A stretch of 64,000 nucleotides of DNA from Octopus vulgaris (lineage: Eukaryota), in assembly GCA_951406725.2 (NCBI GenBank), contig OX597833.1, positions 28,520,001-28,584,000 of the forward strand, in the 5' to 3' direction. Every line of letters begins with the position of its first letter. Positions within the stretch are counted from its first letter, which is position 1. Both the position numbers and the translations under genes were made by a program. Below the pieces are notes generated by a model. It did not search any database and was not told where the DNA came from. It saw only the letters and a program-made list of their open reading frames with translations. This document shows positions 13,040 through 24,659 of this stretch, in pieces.

Positions 13040-13919
13040 GGATCTTTTCCTTTTGAACGGCCCTTTGTAACATAATTTCTAGGTAACTAAAAAGTTTTAA
13101 ACTTCGTATACTGGTAGAATGTGTTTATAAAACATCATTTGGATCTTTTCCTTTTGAACTGCACATGTCAACACAATTTCTAGTTAACTAAACACTTTTA
13201 AACTTCGTATACTGGTAGAATGTGTTTATAAAACATCATTTTTTTTTTTGGCTTTATTGAGAAAATTCTATAGTTTGTAAGATATTTCCACTTTAAAATC
13301 GAGCATTTCGGCAATTTTAACCAATCGCTGACCTCCATTTGGGGTGAAAACATTCCGTGCTGTATGAATATGTCCCTCCTTTAAAAAACAGATTGGGTTT
13401 ATTTACATTTGCGAAGAAAAAAAGATACCCTTCCCCCACTCCTAACCCTAACCCTAACACAGATTGAAATGCAATAGATCGATACTAGGGTTATAATTAT
13501 GGGTGATATTTTCATTTGACACCGCGAGAAAAAAATCCCATTTTCCGTAGCGGTGTCGTATGAAATTGTCACCCATAATTATAACCCTAGTATCGATCTA
13601 TTGCATTTCAATCTGGGTTAGGGTGGGGAAAGGGTATCTTTTTTTCTTCGCAAATGTAAATAAACTCAATCTGTTTCTTAAAGGAGGGACATATTCATAC
13701 AGCACGGAATGTTTTCACCCCAAATGGACTCCAGCGATTGGTTAAAATTGCCGAAATGCTCGATTTTAAAGTGGAAATATCTTACAAACTATAGAATTTT
13801 CTCAATAAAACCAAGAAAAAATGATGTTTTATAAACACATTCTACCAGTATACGAAGTTTAAAAGTGTTTAGTTAACTAGAAATTGTGTTGACATGTGCC
13901 GTTCAAAAGGAATAGATCC
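13040..13919. mobile_element. Composite Merlin-like foldback MITE with 8-bp TSD
   Basis: TSD tcaaattc at 13032-13039 and 13920-13927; GGATC...GATCC ends; ~780-bp palindrome 13141-13919 plus an extra 101-bp arm; (ccctaa)n at ~13440. Confidence 0.85.
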
Positions 13920-14095
13920 TCAAATTCTTATTTTCATATACAATATATAAACATGTACATTCTTTAGAACATTGTCATTTTATAAGATTTTGCTGGCAAA
14001 TTTTAAAATTAACATAAACATTTATTTATATGAAAACCAGAGAGAACTTTCATTTAATTCCTCCAAATCTTTCTGTTAAAAGTATTTGTGGGGAA

Positions 14096-16260
14096 TTTTT
14101 TTTTATCACAGCAACTGGTTTAACAGATCCTACTGAAGCAAGCCAGCACACCACATGGTTTAACGGAACCTACTGAAACAAGCCAGCACACTCGCAGCAT
14201 TACAGCGAGTGATGGCGAGGCTAAGGTGGGAAAACCAAGCGCCCTCACGGGCATCACCTGACACCGCGGTGAGGCAAGCCTCCAACGTTGACAAGAACTT
14301 CGCAGTTAGTGCTCCAGTCCCTCCGAACGTCTCAAATGCTACAGGTTGGAAGAGATAGTTCACTAACAGGTCACAATACTTCAAGGATTTCTTCCATTCG
14401 GCTATGGAAGCTGTATCCTTCCGTAGCATCCAGGATGGAGTGGGAGGCAAAAGAGTCGCAGACTGTGGCGTCCCAAATGCACCTACCTCTAACCTAGGAA
14501 CAGAGGGTAAGACCATCTGGTCTCTTTCCACCACTTCTGGATAACCCCGACGGCTCCAGAACTGAGGGGATATTGATCCGAGCTAGGGTCCGCTAATGAT
14601 TAGGTTTAGCTCGGTGTTACGAACGAAGCAACCAGCATTAAGGTGGCAAGACAGACCGTGAAGACCTGTGCGGTCGGCGGGATTTCTACAGCGGCATCTC
14701 AGTCCCCTACAGATGTTAGCTCCCACTCTGAGTGTGATGGAGATGCAGAGTTCATCTAGACTGTGTAGGCCTCCAATGTTGGCCACAGGCAGGGCATAAA
14801 TCCAGTCCCCCAAGAATTTTGCACTAGCTGAAAGTAGGCAACACCTTGAAAATTGATCAGATTGATCAAGGAGAGAGTTAAAAGTGGCACCAGAACGCAA
14901 ATTGTCCCATACTCCTTGTTTCCGTCTATCCTCCACTGTAACCAGAACTGACAAATTCAGCTCTCTCCGCTATAATAGCGCTTCATCCATCTCCCTGTTG
15001 GAATTAGTCCATGTTGGAGAGTGGAGGATGTTGCCTACCAAAGGGGTGCAAGCGTGGTTGGAGGAAAGAAAGCGGAAGACGTGCACTTGTGCAGACCTAG
15101 ACCCCCAAACCGTTTGGGCAAAGCAGCTTGATTGTGGGAGTCTGAGGAGAGTTTGACATTGACCAAGCATTCGAGTCTCCTGAAGATTAGGTTGTCAAAG
15201 TATTGGAGGGACAACAGGAATCTAAGAAGGACTAACTCTCAGAAAATATGATAGCTTAGGAATTGACAAGTAATTCTTAAGTATATAAAAAAAAATTGCA
15301 GGAGCTCAATTACTTCCAGTTTTTTAAAAGTTGTTCGAGGTTAGCCATTTTGGATCTAAAGATGGCTTGAAAGCTAGATCAGTAATTGGGGCTCCAATAA
15401 GGAATCGTGATTGAGGGGAGGGAGTCAACAAAAAGTTTAGTAGTCTGCTCATTCGAAGCTGGGTGGTTGAGGAGCCAGAGCTCACATTTGGAGCTGTTAA
15501 TGCTGAGACCTATACAACCAAGTTCTTTGATCATCGTCCTTGCAGTTGCAAGTACCTTGTCAGGAGGGCCTCCCAAACAAGCATCATAGAGATACAAGGC
15601 ATTTATGTCTAGGTTGACTCCCATCTTGGTAACATCAATACCAAATGCGAATAAGGCAGGACCAAGTGGATCACCCTGTTGGACTCCAGAGGCAGATTGG
15701 ATGAGGTGGTCACCAAACATGAGGTATCTACTCCGAGCTGAAAAGGGTAAAATTCTTCGGACAGGCAGTTAGAAACTGGGGACAGGCACACTTTTGCTGT
15801 GATCCGTCACAGAGTACAACCAACTGCTATGGGGTGGAAGTCACCATTGGCTTGGTGAGACCAAAGAGTTTGGCCCCAAAGAAGAGGGGATGAATGTAGG
15901 CAAGGACACTCTCGGACGAGAACAGATTTATGAACTGTGATAGATTCTCAAAGAGTTTGAGCCCAGCTTCACCAGTTGACAGGGAGATACTATCCTTGAG
16001 ATGCTGAGGTCGTAAGCCATCAATCCCAGCACCAGAACCCGCTGAAAAAGAGGTAGTTGCCCTCCTGACATTGTCAGGGTTGAAGATGGGCTGTAGAGAA
16101 CTTGGTAGGTCGACCCAGTGTAGGTGATCATTTGGAGGGATCGGAGGACAGAGAGGAAAGAAGGCGAACAGCCTCTTTAATGACAAAATTCGCTGAATTT
16201 GGCATTAATAATCTTAAGTTGGGTGGTCAACCATTGTTCGGGGTTGAGCTAATGACCGAT
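14096..16260 (-). mobile_element. Degenerate CRE-clade non-LTR retrotransposon (RT + restriction-like endonuclease)
   Basis: GAGIDGLRPQHLKD, GVQQGDPLGPALF, LYLYD (decayed YLDD), HGLSC, GKRPDGLTL, FQPVAFETFG, LSLAITRCNAASVL; short A tail at ~14096-14104. Confidence 0.8.
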
Positions 16261-16826
16261 CTGAGATGAACAGTGGTTGGAGTAGATGCGAAATGCCGTT
16301 TCAAGGAAGAAGTGAGGGACCCACTATTCCACGTGGAGGGAGACCAAAGGGAACAGGAATAGTTTCTGCCAATCCGAGGTGTCATTGGATAGGCAGACTG
16401 AAAATTTTATTGCCACCCATGACTTATTTGATTTCCAAATCAAAGGCAAATGCATTTCTGATAATCCTTTATTAATCACGGTGTTTCTGAATTATATATG
16501 AGCATTGACATCGGCTTAAGATCTGTCAAAACAATTCCCCCAATTGGTAGTGTGAACCGGTATTTTATCTCCTTAAATCCAATTTTTTCCCTCCTCTTAA
16601 GATAACATGTTTGGTAGCTTCTTTCCTAGAAAAAGATCTTGTTTCTATTTCATTTACATTGATTATAAGTTGTGGGGAGGGTAGTTGCTTAATAATCTAG
16701 GGAAATCTTATAGATTCCTTGATATCAGCACTTGCAGCTGTAAAGGTTTTGCTATCATTCAAATTGGCTGGATCTGTCTTGTAGCTGTAAATGTTTCTAA
16801 GTTGTTTCCTTCTTTCACTGTTATTT

Positions 16827-17464
16827 ATGAGAAAAAAGATACCCTGTAGCCATAAACTGAGGGGTCACTCGTAAACAGAGCTGGATAACAAAACCGTTCC
16901 CTCTTTAGTGTCCACCCATAAATATGACCCTAGTATCGATCTATTACATTTCAATCTGTGTTAGGGTTAGGGTTGGGTTAGGGGTTATGGGTGGGGGGAA
17001 AGGTATCTTTTTTTCTTCAGAAATGTAAATAAACCCAATCTGTTTCTTAAACAAATATATAATATGTAATGTGTGTATCTGTGCAACAGAGAGGGAAATT
17101 AAAACTGCATATGTTGTGAACTTAGAATATGTGTTTATTAATAAAAGTTTAATAACGATAATTTTTTATTCATACGAACGTAATTGATATGAAATATGTC
17201 ATAAATAACAGTGACAAACTGAGTAGACACCGCCAGAAAATGTTACGGCAGAAATTGTATTCACCTCAATAGACGTCACTGATTGGTTGAAATTGCCGAA
17301 ATGCAAGAAATTAAACAACAAATAGCTTACAAACTACAGAATTTTCTCAAGAAAGCCAAGAGAAAAAGATGTTTTATGTAACACACTACCAGTATACGAA
17401 GTTTAAAAGTGTTTAGTTACAAAGAAATTATTTTAAAAATCTGCCGGTCAAAGTGAAAAGATCC
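16827..17464. mobile_element. Left-truncated Merlin-like TTAGGG-bearing MITE
   Basis: Right TIR ...ccggtcaaagtgaaaagatcc ending 17464; ttagggttagggttgggttagggg at ~16961; interior matches 19150-19290 inverted. Confidence 0.75.
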
Positions 17465-18415
17465 GGCCATTCTAATAATAATCGACAATCCATTTTTTGG
17501 TAGACTTCACCGTGTGCTTAGGGTCGTTATCCTGTTGTAAAACCCACCCTTCACAAAGCTGGAGCTTTTCTACAGAGTCCCATAAATTATTGTTCAAAAT
17601 ATTTTGGTACATCTCTGCATTCATTCTACCATCTATCACATGTAAATTGCCGGTACCATTTGCAGAGAAACACCCCCACACCATGATGTTGCCACCTCCA
17701 AACTTTATGGTAGGAATTGTGTTTTTCGGCAAATAGGCAGTACCATCTTTCCTCCAAACATGGCTACGCGAATTTCTTCCAAACAATTCAATTTTCGACT
17801 CGTCTGTCCATAGAACATTTTCCCAGAATGTATCAGATTTATCTTTATGTTCATAAACAAATTTTAAACAGGCATCTCTATGCCTTTTAGTCAACAGCGG
17901 AGTTTTTCTAGGAGAGCGTGACTTCAGTTCATTACTGATTGTTCATAGTGTAACACTAGTCCCTGAAGCTAACAAATCTTCTTGCAACTCCTTTCTGGTG
18001 ATCATTGCGTTTTTTTCGATTCTTCGCTTCATTTTTCTTAAAAATCTAGGGGAAATCTTGCATGGTGCACTGGATCTTATTCTGTTTTCAACAGTTCCCG
18101 ATTTTTTTATATCTTTGAATAAATGAAAATATGGTAGAAAATGGAATACAAAGGGTCTCTGATATTTCCCTGTAACTTTTACCTGCTTTCCACTGTTCAA
18201 TAATTAAGTTTTTAACTGTATTTGTATTTTCGCCATTATTACGATACTACTTTATGTTGTCTCAGTGCTGAATGAAGAAGCTAACGTTTTGACACTTAAA
18301 AATGACAACTGATAAGATTATTGGAACAAACGAGAAAGTTCTAGTAAAAAAATTATTTTAACAGTATTTTGTGGCATAGAAAATCATAAATTTATTCTGT
18401 ACGAATACTTTTTTC

Positions 18416-19525
18416 AGATCTTTTTGGTTTGAACGGCGTAACTAAACACTTTTAAACTTCGTATACTGGTAGAAAGCTGACTAGAAGAGAATGCATCCGA
18501 GCTTTGGTGTTGGAGAAGACTTTTACGGATTCCATGGACAGCGAGGCTTACCAATGGAGAAGTTCTTAAGCAGATCAGGCCAAAAATGTCGCTAGAAGCT
18601 AGAATCACCAAGCTTAGATTGGCATATTTCGGTCATATTATGTGGAGAAAATCCCTGGAGAAGGACATCATGCTCGGAATGGTCAGTGGCAAGAGAGGAA
18701 GAGGCCGACCAAGAACCCGCTGGCTTGACACCATCAAGTGTGATACCGGAATGGACATAGCCAATCTGAAAGAAGCGGCCCAGGATAGAACTGACTGGAG
18801 GACACTGATCCAACGAGTAACCAAGAGTCGACTTCAACTGAGCGGATAAGAGAGATACTGGTAGAATGTGTTTATAAAACATCTTTTTCTCTTGGCTTTC
18901 TTGAGAAAATTCTGTAGTTTGTAAGATATTTTCTTCAATTTTGGCAAGTTCAACTAATCAATGACGTCTATTGAGGTGAAAACATTATCTGCCGTAAAAT
19001 TTTCCGGCGGTGAAATATGAAAATGTCCCCCATTTAAGAAACAGATTAGGTTTATTTACATTTCTGAAGAAAAAAGATACCCTTCCCCCCACCCCTAACC
19101 CTAACCTAAATCCTAACCTTAACCCTAACCCAACCCTTAACCCTAACACAGATTGAAATGCAATAGATCGATACTAGGGTCATAATTATGGGTGGACACT
19201 AAAGAGGGAACGGTTTTGTTATCCAGCTCTGTTTACGAGTGACCCCTCAGTTTATGGCCACAGGGTATCTTTTTTCTCATAAAAAACAGGAACATTTTCG
19301 TATGACGCCGCCATAAAATGTTACGGCAAAATCGTTTTCACCTCAATAGACATCATTGATTGGTTGAAATTGCCGAAATGCAAGAAATTAAAGACCATAT
19401 ATCTTACAAACTACAGAATTTTCTCAAGATGTTTTATAAACACATTCTACCAGTATACAAAGTTTAAAATTTTTTAGTCACATAGAAATTATTTTAAAAA
19501 GCTGCCGTTCAAACCGAAAAGATCC
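18416..19525. mobile_element. Merlin-like TTAGGG-bearing MITE nested in the Tc1
   Basis: 8-bp TSD cttttttc (18408-18415 and 19526-19533); TIR agatctttttggtttgaacggc / gccgttcaaaccgaaaagatcc; degenerate (ccctaa)n 19093-19146. Confidence 0.85.
18475..18854 (+). mobile_element. 5'-truncated RTE (BovB-like) 3' fragment nested in the MITE
   Basis: ELWCWRRLLRIPWTAR...LAYFGHIMWRKSLEKDIMLG...RGRPRTRWLD; 12-bp TSD atactggtagaa (18463-18474 and 18855-18866). Confidence 0.9.
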
Positions 19526-19614
19526 CTTTTTTCACTCCTAAATATTTATGATTGTATATAAATTCCTTAGTTACTATAATTTATTAGTTTCTTTTGCATA
19601 TCCTTAGTTTATGC

Positions 19615-20020
19615 ATCATCATCATCATCATCATCATCGTTTAACGTCCGCTTTCCATGCTAGCATGGGTTGGACGGTTCAACTGGGGTCTGGCAAGCCC
19701 GAAGGCTGCACCAGGCCAGTCAGATCTGGCAGTGTTTCTACAACTGGATGCCCTTCCTAACGCCAACCACTCCGAGAGTGTAGTGGGTGATTTTATGTGC
19801 CACCGACACAGGTGCCAGACGAGGCTGGCAGACGGCCACGCACGGATGGTGTTTTTTATGTGCCACCGACACAGGTGCCAGACGAGGCTGGCAGACGGCC
19901 ACGCTCGGATGGTGTTTTTTATGTGCCACCGACACAGGTGCCAGACGAGGCTGGCAGACGGCCACACTCGGATGGTGTTTTTTATGTGCCACCGACACAG
20001 GTGCCAGACAAGGCTGGCGA
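19615..20020 (-). mobile_element. RTE 3' UTR copy containing a 63-bp tandem repeat (~3.6 units)
   Basis: (cat)n tail; units start at 19795, 19858, 19921 and 19984; flanks share tatgca (possible TSD). Confidence 0.85.
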
Positions 20021-22044
20021 ACTGTATGCAAATATAGTATTGGTATATCCCATTTATGTTCATTAGAAATTAAATAAATAAAGAATTTTGACATGTATGA
20101 ATATTTATTTCCCCTACTGTATATATGATTTTTATATGTCTGTTTTAGATTTAACTGATTTTTGTTTTCTATTTGTCCTTTGTAAATGTTATATTTATAT
20201 TGTATTACTTTTTATTTAAGTAGAATTTGGGCGGAGGGGGGGGTATTATCATTTTTTAGATTGCTTTATTTTGGCACCCCTTGTAGCTTTGCCATAATAA
20301 TATAACAGATAGGTTGATTGAAACAATTATATACCAAGGGAGCAATTCATCTTTTTTTCAGTGAAATTGTTTTGCGACAAAATTTCCTATGCTGCGGACT
20401 TTCCTACTGTCAAAAATCCTTGGGCGAATTTTCCTGCAGCAAACTTTACAGATACGTTAGTGTATGAATGTGTGTGTATGTGGTAACTAAACACGAACTT
20501 ACAAGGCATGTCCTAATTCCTCTAATCAAGTTATTCACCGTGTGTACTTTTCAATCAATTAGGAATTAGTAGTGATTATGAACAATGTCTCTGTGAACTA
20601 AATTTACTGAAAGAATAAATCTCGAATTGTGTGTGTGTGTAAATGTATTACAAATATATCAAGGGTTACCGATGTTGACAAATTGCAGATGAAATTACAC
20701 GTTATTTATTTGTTGTGTACATAGAAAATTATTACAATAGTTAAGAAGAAAACAGCTTTAATAGTTTGTCTAACTACCGATTCAGTCGTGTATTGTGTTA
20801 GGCTGGTAACTTATGCAAAAATCTTGGTTACAGGCACATTAATAAGTTGTAAATATGTATGTGCAAGAACATGTTTGGCTGCATGTGTGTATGTGACAGG
20901 TAGCTAACTGGTTAGTCATAGTAATAATAATACTTGGCTATTATTGTCGCTGCCATACTGATGGTGACGAAGAGGTAGCAAAAGAAAAAGGAAGGTTTTC
21001 GTATCTGTAGAATTGAAATGAGGTCTTGTTTCTTTGTGTTGAAAAGGCAAATAGCACTAAGCTGATTTGGCCAAGAGAAACTAGTAAATTGCATCATAGC
21101 AAAATTTCCCGTTATATCCCCCCACACACACACACTCACACATGTACAGAGTTCTTTAATTACTTAGTGTGTCAAAGTCCTTTGTGACGAGAATATTATA
21201 TGTCATTTGATTTTTAGATTAGTCCATCATAATACTGCATATACTATATACAAACAGGCAGGAAAAAAATTGCCTGGTTTTCCTTCACAGTGAATTCGAC
21301 TTGACAAATGAGTTTGTCCTACTTTTAATAATTAGTAGAGCATCAAGCATGCTTGTTAGAATTAGTAGCACTTCGTAATAAATCTCCCGTTGTATTTAGC
21401 TTTGGTTCTTTACGTATGTTCTGCGTTCAAATCCTGCCGATATCTACTTTGCCTTTCAGTTATTCTGGGTCCACGGTGTAGTTCTGTGGTAAGAAGCTTG
21501 CTTCCCAACCACATGGTTCCGGGTTCAGTCCCACTGAGTGGCACCTTGATTTCAGTCCAACCAAAACCTTGTGAATGGATTTGGTAGACGGAAGCTGAAA
21601 GAAGTCCATCGTGTGTGTGTGTTTGCCCGCCGTTTGTTGGTGTGTTAACGTACTCGTGACCTAGCGGTTCAACAAAAATAACTGATAAAATAAGTAGAAG
21701 ATAAAAGATACAAGTTGAATATTAGGGTCGATTTAACTGAAAGAACCCCTCTATAAAAACAAAATCTTGCACAAAATAGGCTTGCTTCCCAACAACAGAG
21801 TTCGGTTCCACTGCATGGTACTTTGAGCATGTATATTCTACTATAGCCTCGGGTTGGCCAAAGCTTTGTGATTTGGTAGATGGAAACTGAAAGAAGCCCG
21901 TCGTATATATATATACATATATATATATGTGTGTGTGTGTGAGACCACCGGTTGACAACTAGTACTGCTGTTACAGTTCTATATTTAAGAGATGAGAAAT
22001 TATTTACATTTGATGGATATTTGTCCTCATCTTGTTTGTTGTTA

Positions 22045-22088
22045 ACACAACGTTTCGGCTGATATACCCTCCAGCCTTCTTCAGGTGT
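22045..22088 (-). ncRNA. Minimal type-I hammerhead ribozyme in PLE pLTR
   Basis: acac-CTGAAGA-a-ggctg/cagcc-GAAA-cg-TT-gtgt. Confidence 0.8.
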
Positions 22089-22156
22089 CTTGGGGAAATT
22101 TCGAACCTGGGTTCTCATTCCTCAGGTATTTTTGATGTTATTATTATTATTATTAC

Positions 22157-22212
<56 letters not shown>

Positions 22213-22662
22213 TCACTGCTTGGAATCAAACTCGGAATTTTGGGGTTAGTAGCCCGCACTCTTAACCACTATGCCATATGTCAATGAGCAATTATGGAGT
22301 GAATTTTAGGGCTTATAAATCTAATCTTTTTCTATCCTTCCTTAATACCAGTTCCCATATTCTGCTCATATCTGCACTCAGTCTGCTTAGGAGGTTGTTG
22401 TGTCCTAGCATATGTGCTGCTTCTTTTAGTTTTCGTATTTTCCAGTGGTATTCTCTGTCTATTATTTTAACTTCATCCCACAGGGGGAAGTGGCCTCCAT
22501 TTTCCCATACTTGATCAGCTATACCCGATTTATCAATATCTCTCTTTGATTTCGTTATTTAATTGATGTTTTTTCCAACGGTTGTAATGGATCCTCTCAC
22601 GGACGAGGGAATGTCCTACCCTTTCCGCTACTCTTTTAGCTTCAGATAATGAATCACTATCA

Positions 22663-23256
22663 GTGATACAAGAAAAACTAGTGGCAGACACCCATGTAAA
22701 AGAACGCACTATTATACCAATAAGAAACTTGATGGAAATGTTGACCTTCTGTGTAGAAACTACCTACTTCACTATGGACACTGATATATATCGACAGAAG
22801 AAGGGTTTAGCTATGGGTTCACTATTATCACTGGTAATAGCCAATATATACATGGAATACTTTGAGAATTTGGCTTTAGGATCAACACCACTAATACCAA
22901 CACTATGGCTACAATATGTTGATGACACCTTCATACTCTGGCCCCACCAGGAAGATGTCCAAGTGCTGTTAGATCATGTGAACTCAATAAAGCCATCCAT
23001 ACAGTTCACAATGGGAAAGGTAAAAGACAATCAACTGGCATTCCTGCACGTATTAATAACACGCACCAAGTATAGATTCAGGACACCTGTATACCGCAAG
23101 CCGACCTTCACTGGACAATACCTCAACTTCAATTCCCACCATCCATACAGTGTAAAGAGAGGGATTGCTCAGTGCCTAAAACATCGTGCAAAGAATATAA
23201 GTAGCGATCGTGATACACACCATGAAGAGATGATCAAGCTCAGTAACGATCTGTAA
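22663..23256 (+). pseudogene. PLE reverse transcriptase fragment
   Basis: 197-aa ORF with PLE RT motifs; truncated and followed by an internal deletion. Confidence 0.85.
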
Positions 23257-23504
23257 AGCAACAACTACCTCAAAAGTATACTATCCTCCTTAGCAGACTG
23301 AGTGCAGATATGAGCAGCATATGGGAATTGGTATTAAGGATGGATCGAAAAATATTAGATTTATAAGCACTAAAATTCACTCCATAATTGCTCACAGAGC
23401 AGAGTGGTTAAAAGCACAGGCTACTAACCCCAAGATTCCGAGTTCGATTCCAAGCAGTGACCTGAACAATAATAATAATAACCCAGGTTCGAAATTTCCC
23501 CAAG

Positions 23505-23548
23505 ACACCTGAAGAAGGCTGGAGGGTATATCAGCCGAAATGTTGTGT
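23505..23548 (+). ncRNA. Second copy of the minimal pLTR hammerhead
   Basis: acac-CTGAAGA-a-ggctg/cagcc-GAAA-tg-TT-gtgt (CG>TG change in stem III). Confidence 0.7.
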
Positions 23549-24659
23549 TAACAACAACAAGATGAGGACAAATATCCATTGAATGTAAATAATGTAGTGC
23601 TGGTGTGTTTGCGTCCCCGTAACTTGGCAGTTTGACAAAAGAGACTGATAAAGTACGTGCTGGGATCAATTCACTGAACTAAAAATTCAAGACGGTGCCC
23701 CAGCATGGTCACTATCTACTGACTGAAATGAGTAAAGTATTAGAAGTCAATGATTACCAGAGTATGAAAGCAGTTTGAATGATCAATAAAAAGGATTACT
23801 AGGCTATCAATACAGTAATGGTGATCAAAAAGATGTGTTGTCATATATGTTTAATAACCAATACAATTAATCATGTTGCGAAATTAATAGCGATGTATTT
23901 AATCTCTCATGGTTGTATTTTCATTAACTTACAATGATAAATTAACTGTATTTAATGACTCGGTTCTAACACACTTGATCTATGATCAAAGGCATTCCAG
24001 ATGAGATCATCCTGTCTTGTTCTTTCTTGCTTTCTTTTTTCCCTTTTTTTTACATGAACAATATAGTCTGATGTGTCCCTCTTTTTATAAGAGCGTAGAG
24101 TCTCATTTCTTGCAAGTCAAGTGGCCACAAAGATTCCATGGCTCACTTGTGTGGTTTAATCTACTGCTTTTGAACAAATAGTTCATTTCAGAAGACAGAT
24201 TTGTCATTTTCTCGATGTTATCTTTATAGCCATAAATATGTAGTTCATCACAAACTATAATGATGCTCCAACCATAGAAATACTTGACTTGGTTGGGTTA
24301 TGAAAAATCAAAAAAAAGTTTACAATTTCCTGTAAACGCTGTACATTTATATTATTTATATCGACATTATATTTTAATCAGTTTGATCTCCAGTGGTCAT
24401 CAGGTTCATGGACATGTACTCTCTGACTGGATTCAAATTAGGAACTCTAATATAGTTATGCTTTGAGCCACTAAACTACAACTTGTGTTCAAAGTCAATT
24501 ATTTTATTTATCATTTTTATAATTATTCCTAATTCTTAATCTGAAAATCGCCAAGAAAAGAAAGTAGAGTGCATCCTTAGTGATGTCTTAGCCTCCAAAC
24601 AATCGACTTTCCTGAATGAAAGAGCAGGTTCTCCCAGACAAGTGACTATGATATCAAAA

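Larger units (their letters stand above)
17465..20119 (-). mobile_element. Tc1-family transposon, interrupted by nested insertions and 3'-truncated
   Basis: TIR cagtaggggaaataaatatt + TA at 20119; transposase motifs [33 protein letters not shown]; breaks at LEWP (17465). Confidence 0.9.
21972..23594. mobile_element. Penelope-like element in inverted arrangement: minus-strand GIY-YIG C-terminus + pLTR, and plus-strand RT fragment + pLTR; inserted in SINE A
   Basis: RT motifs GLAMGSLLS, WLQYVDDTF, LAFLHV, VYRKPTFTGQYLNFNSHHP; endonuclease tail KSGIADQVWE...RKLKEAAHM; inverted repeats ~21999-22394 and ~23285-23593; imperfect duplication agtactgctgt / agtgctggtgt. Confidence 0.9.

Noticed and set aside
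19093-19146. True telomere or chromosome-fusion scar
   Set aside because: Short degenerate tract at a fixed position inside a MITE family
19795-20020. CRISPR-like regular array
   Set aside because: Units are contiguous 63-bp near-identical repeats with no unique spacers, inside a LINE 3' UTR; eukaryotic context, no cas genes
23399-23462. Functional tRNA gene
   Set aside because: Acceptor and T stems do not pair properly, the ACT anticodon is unusual, and it lies inside a PLE repeat; treated as a tRNA-derived module
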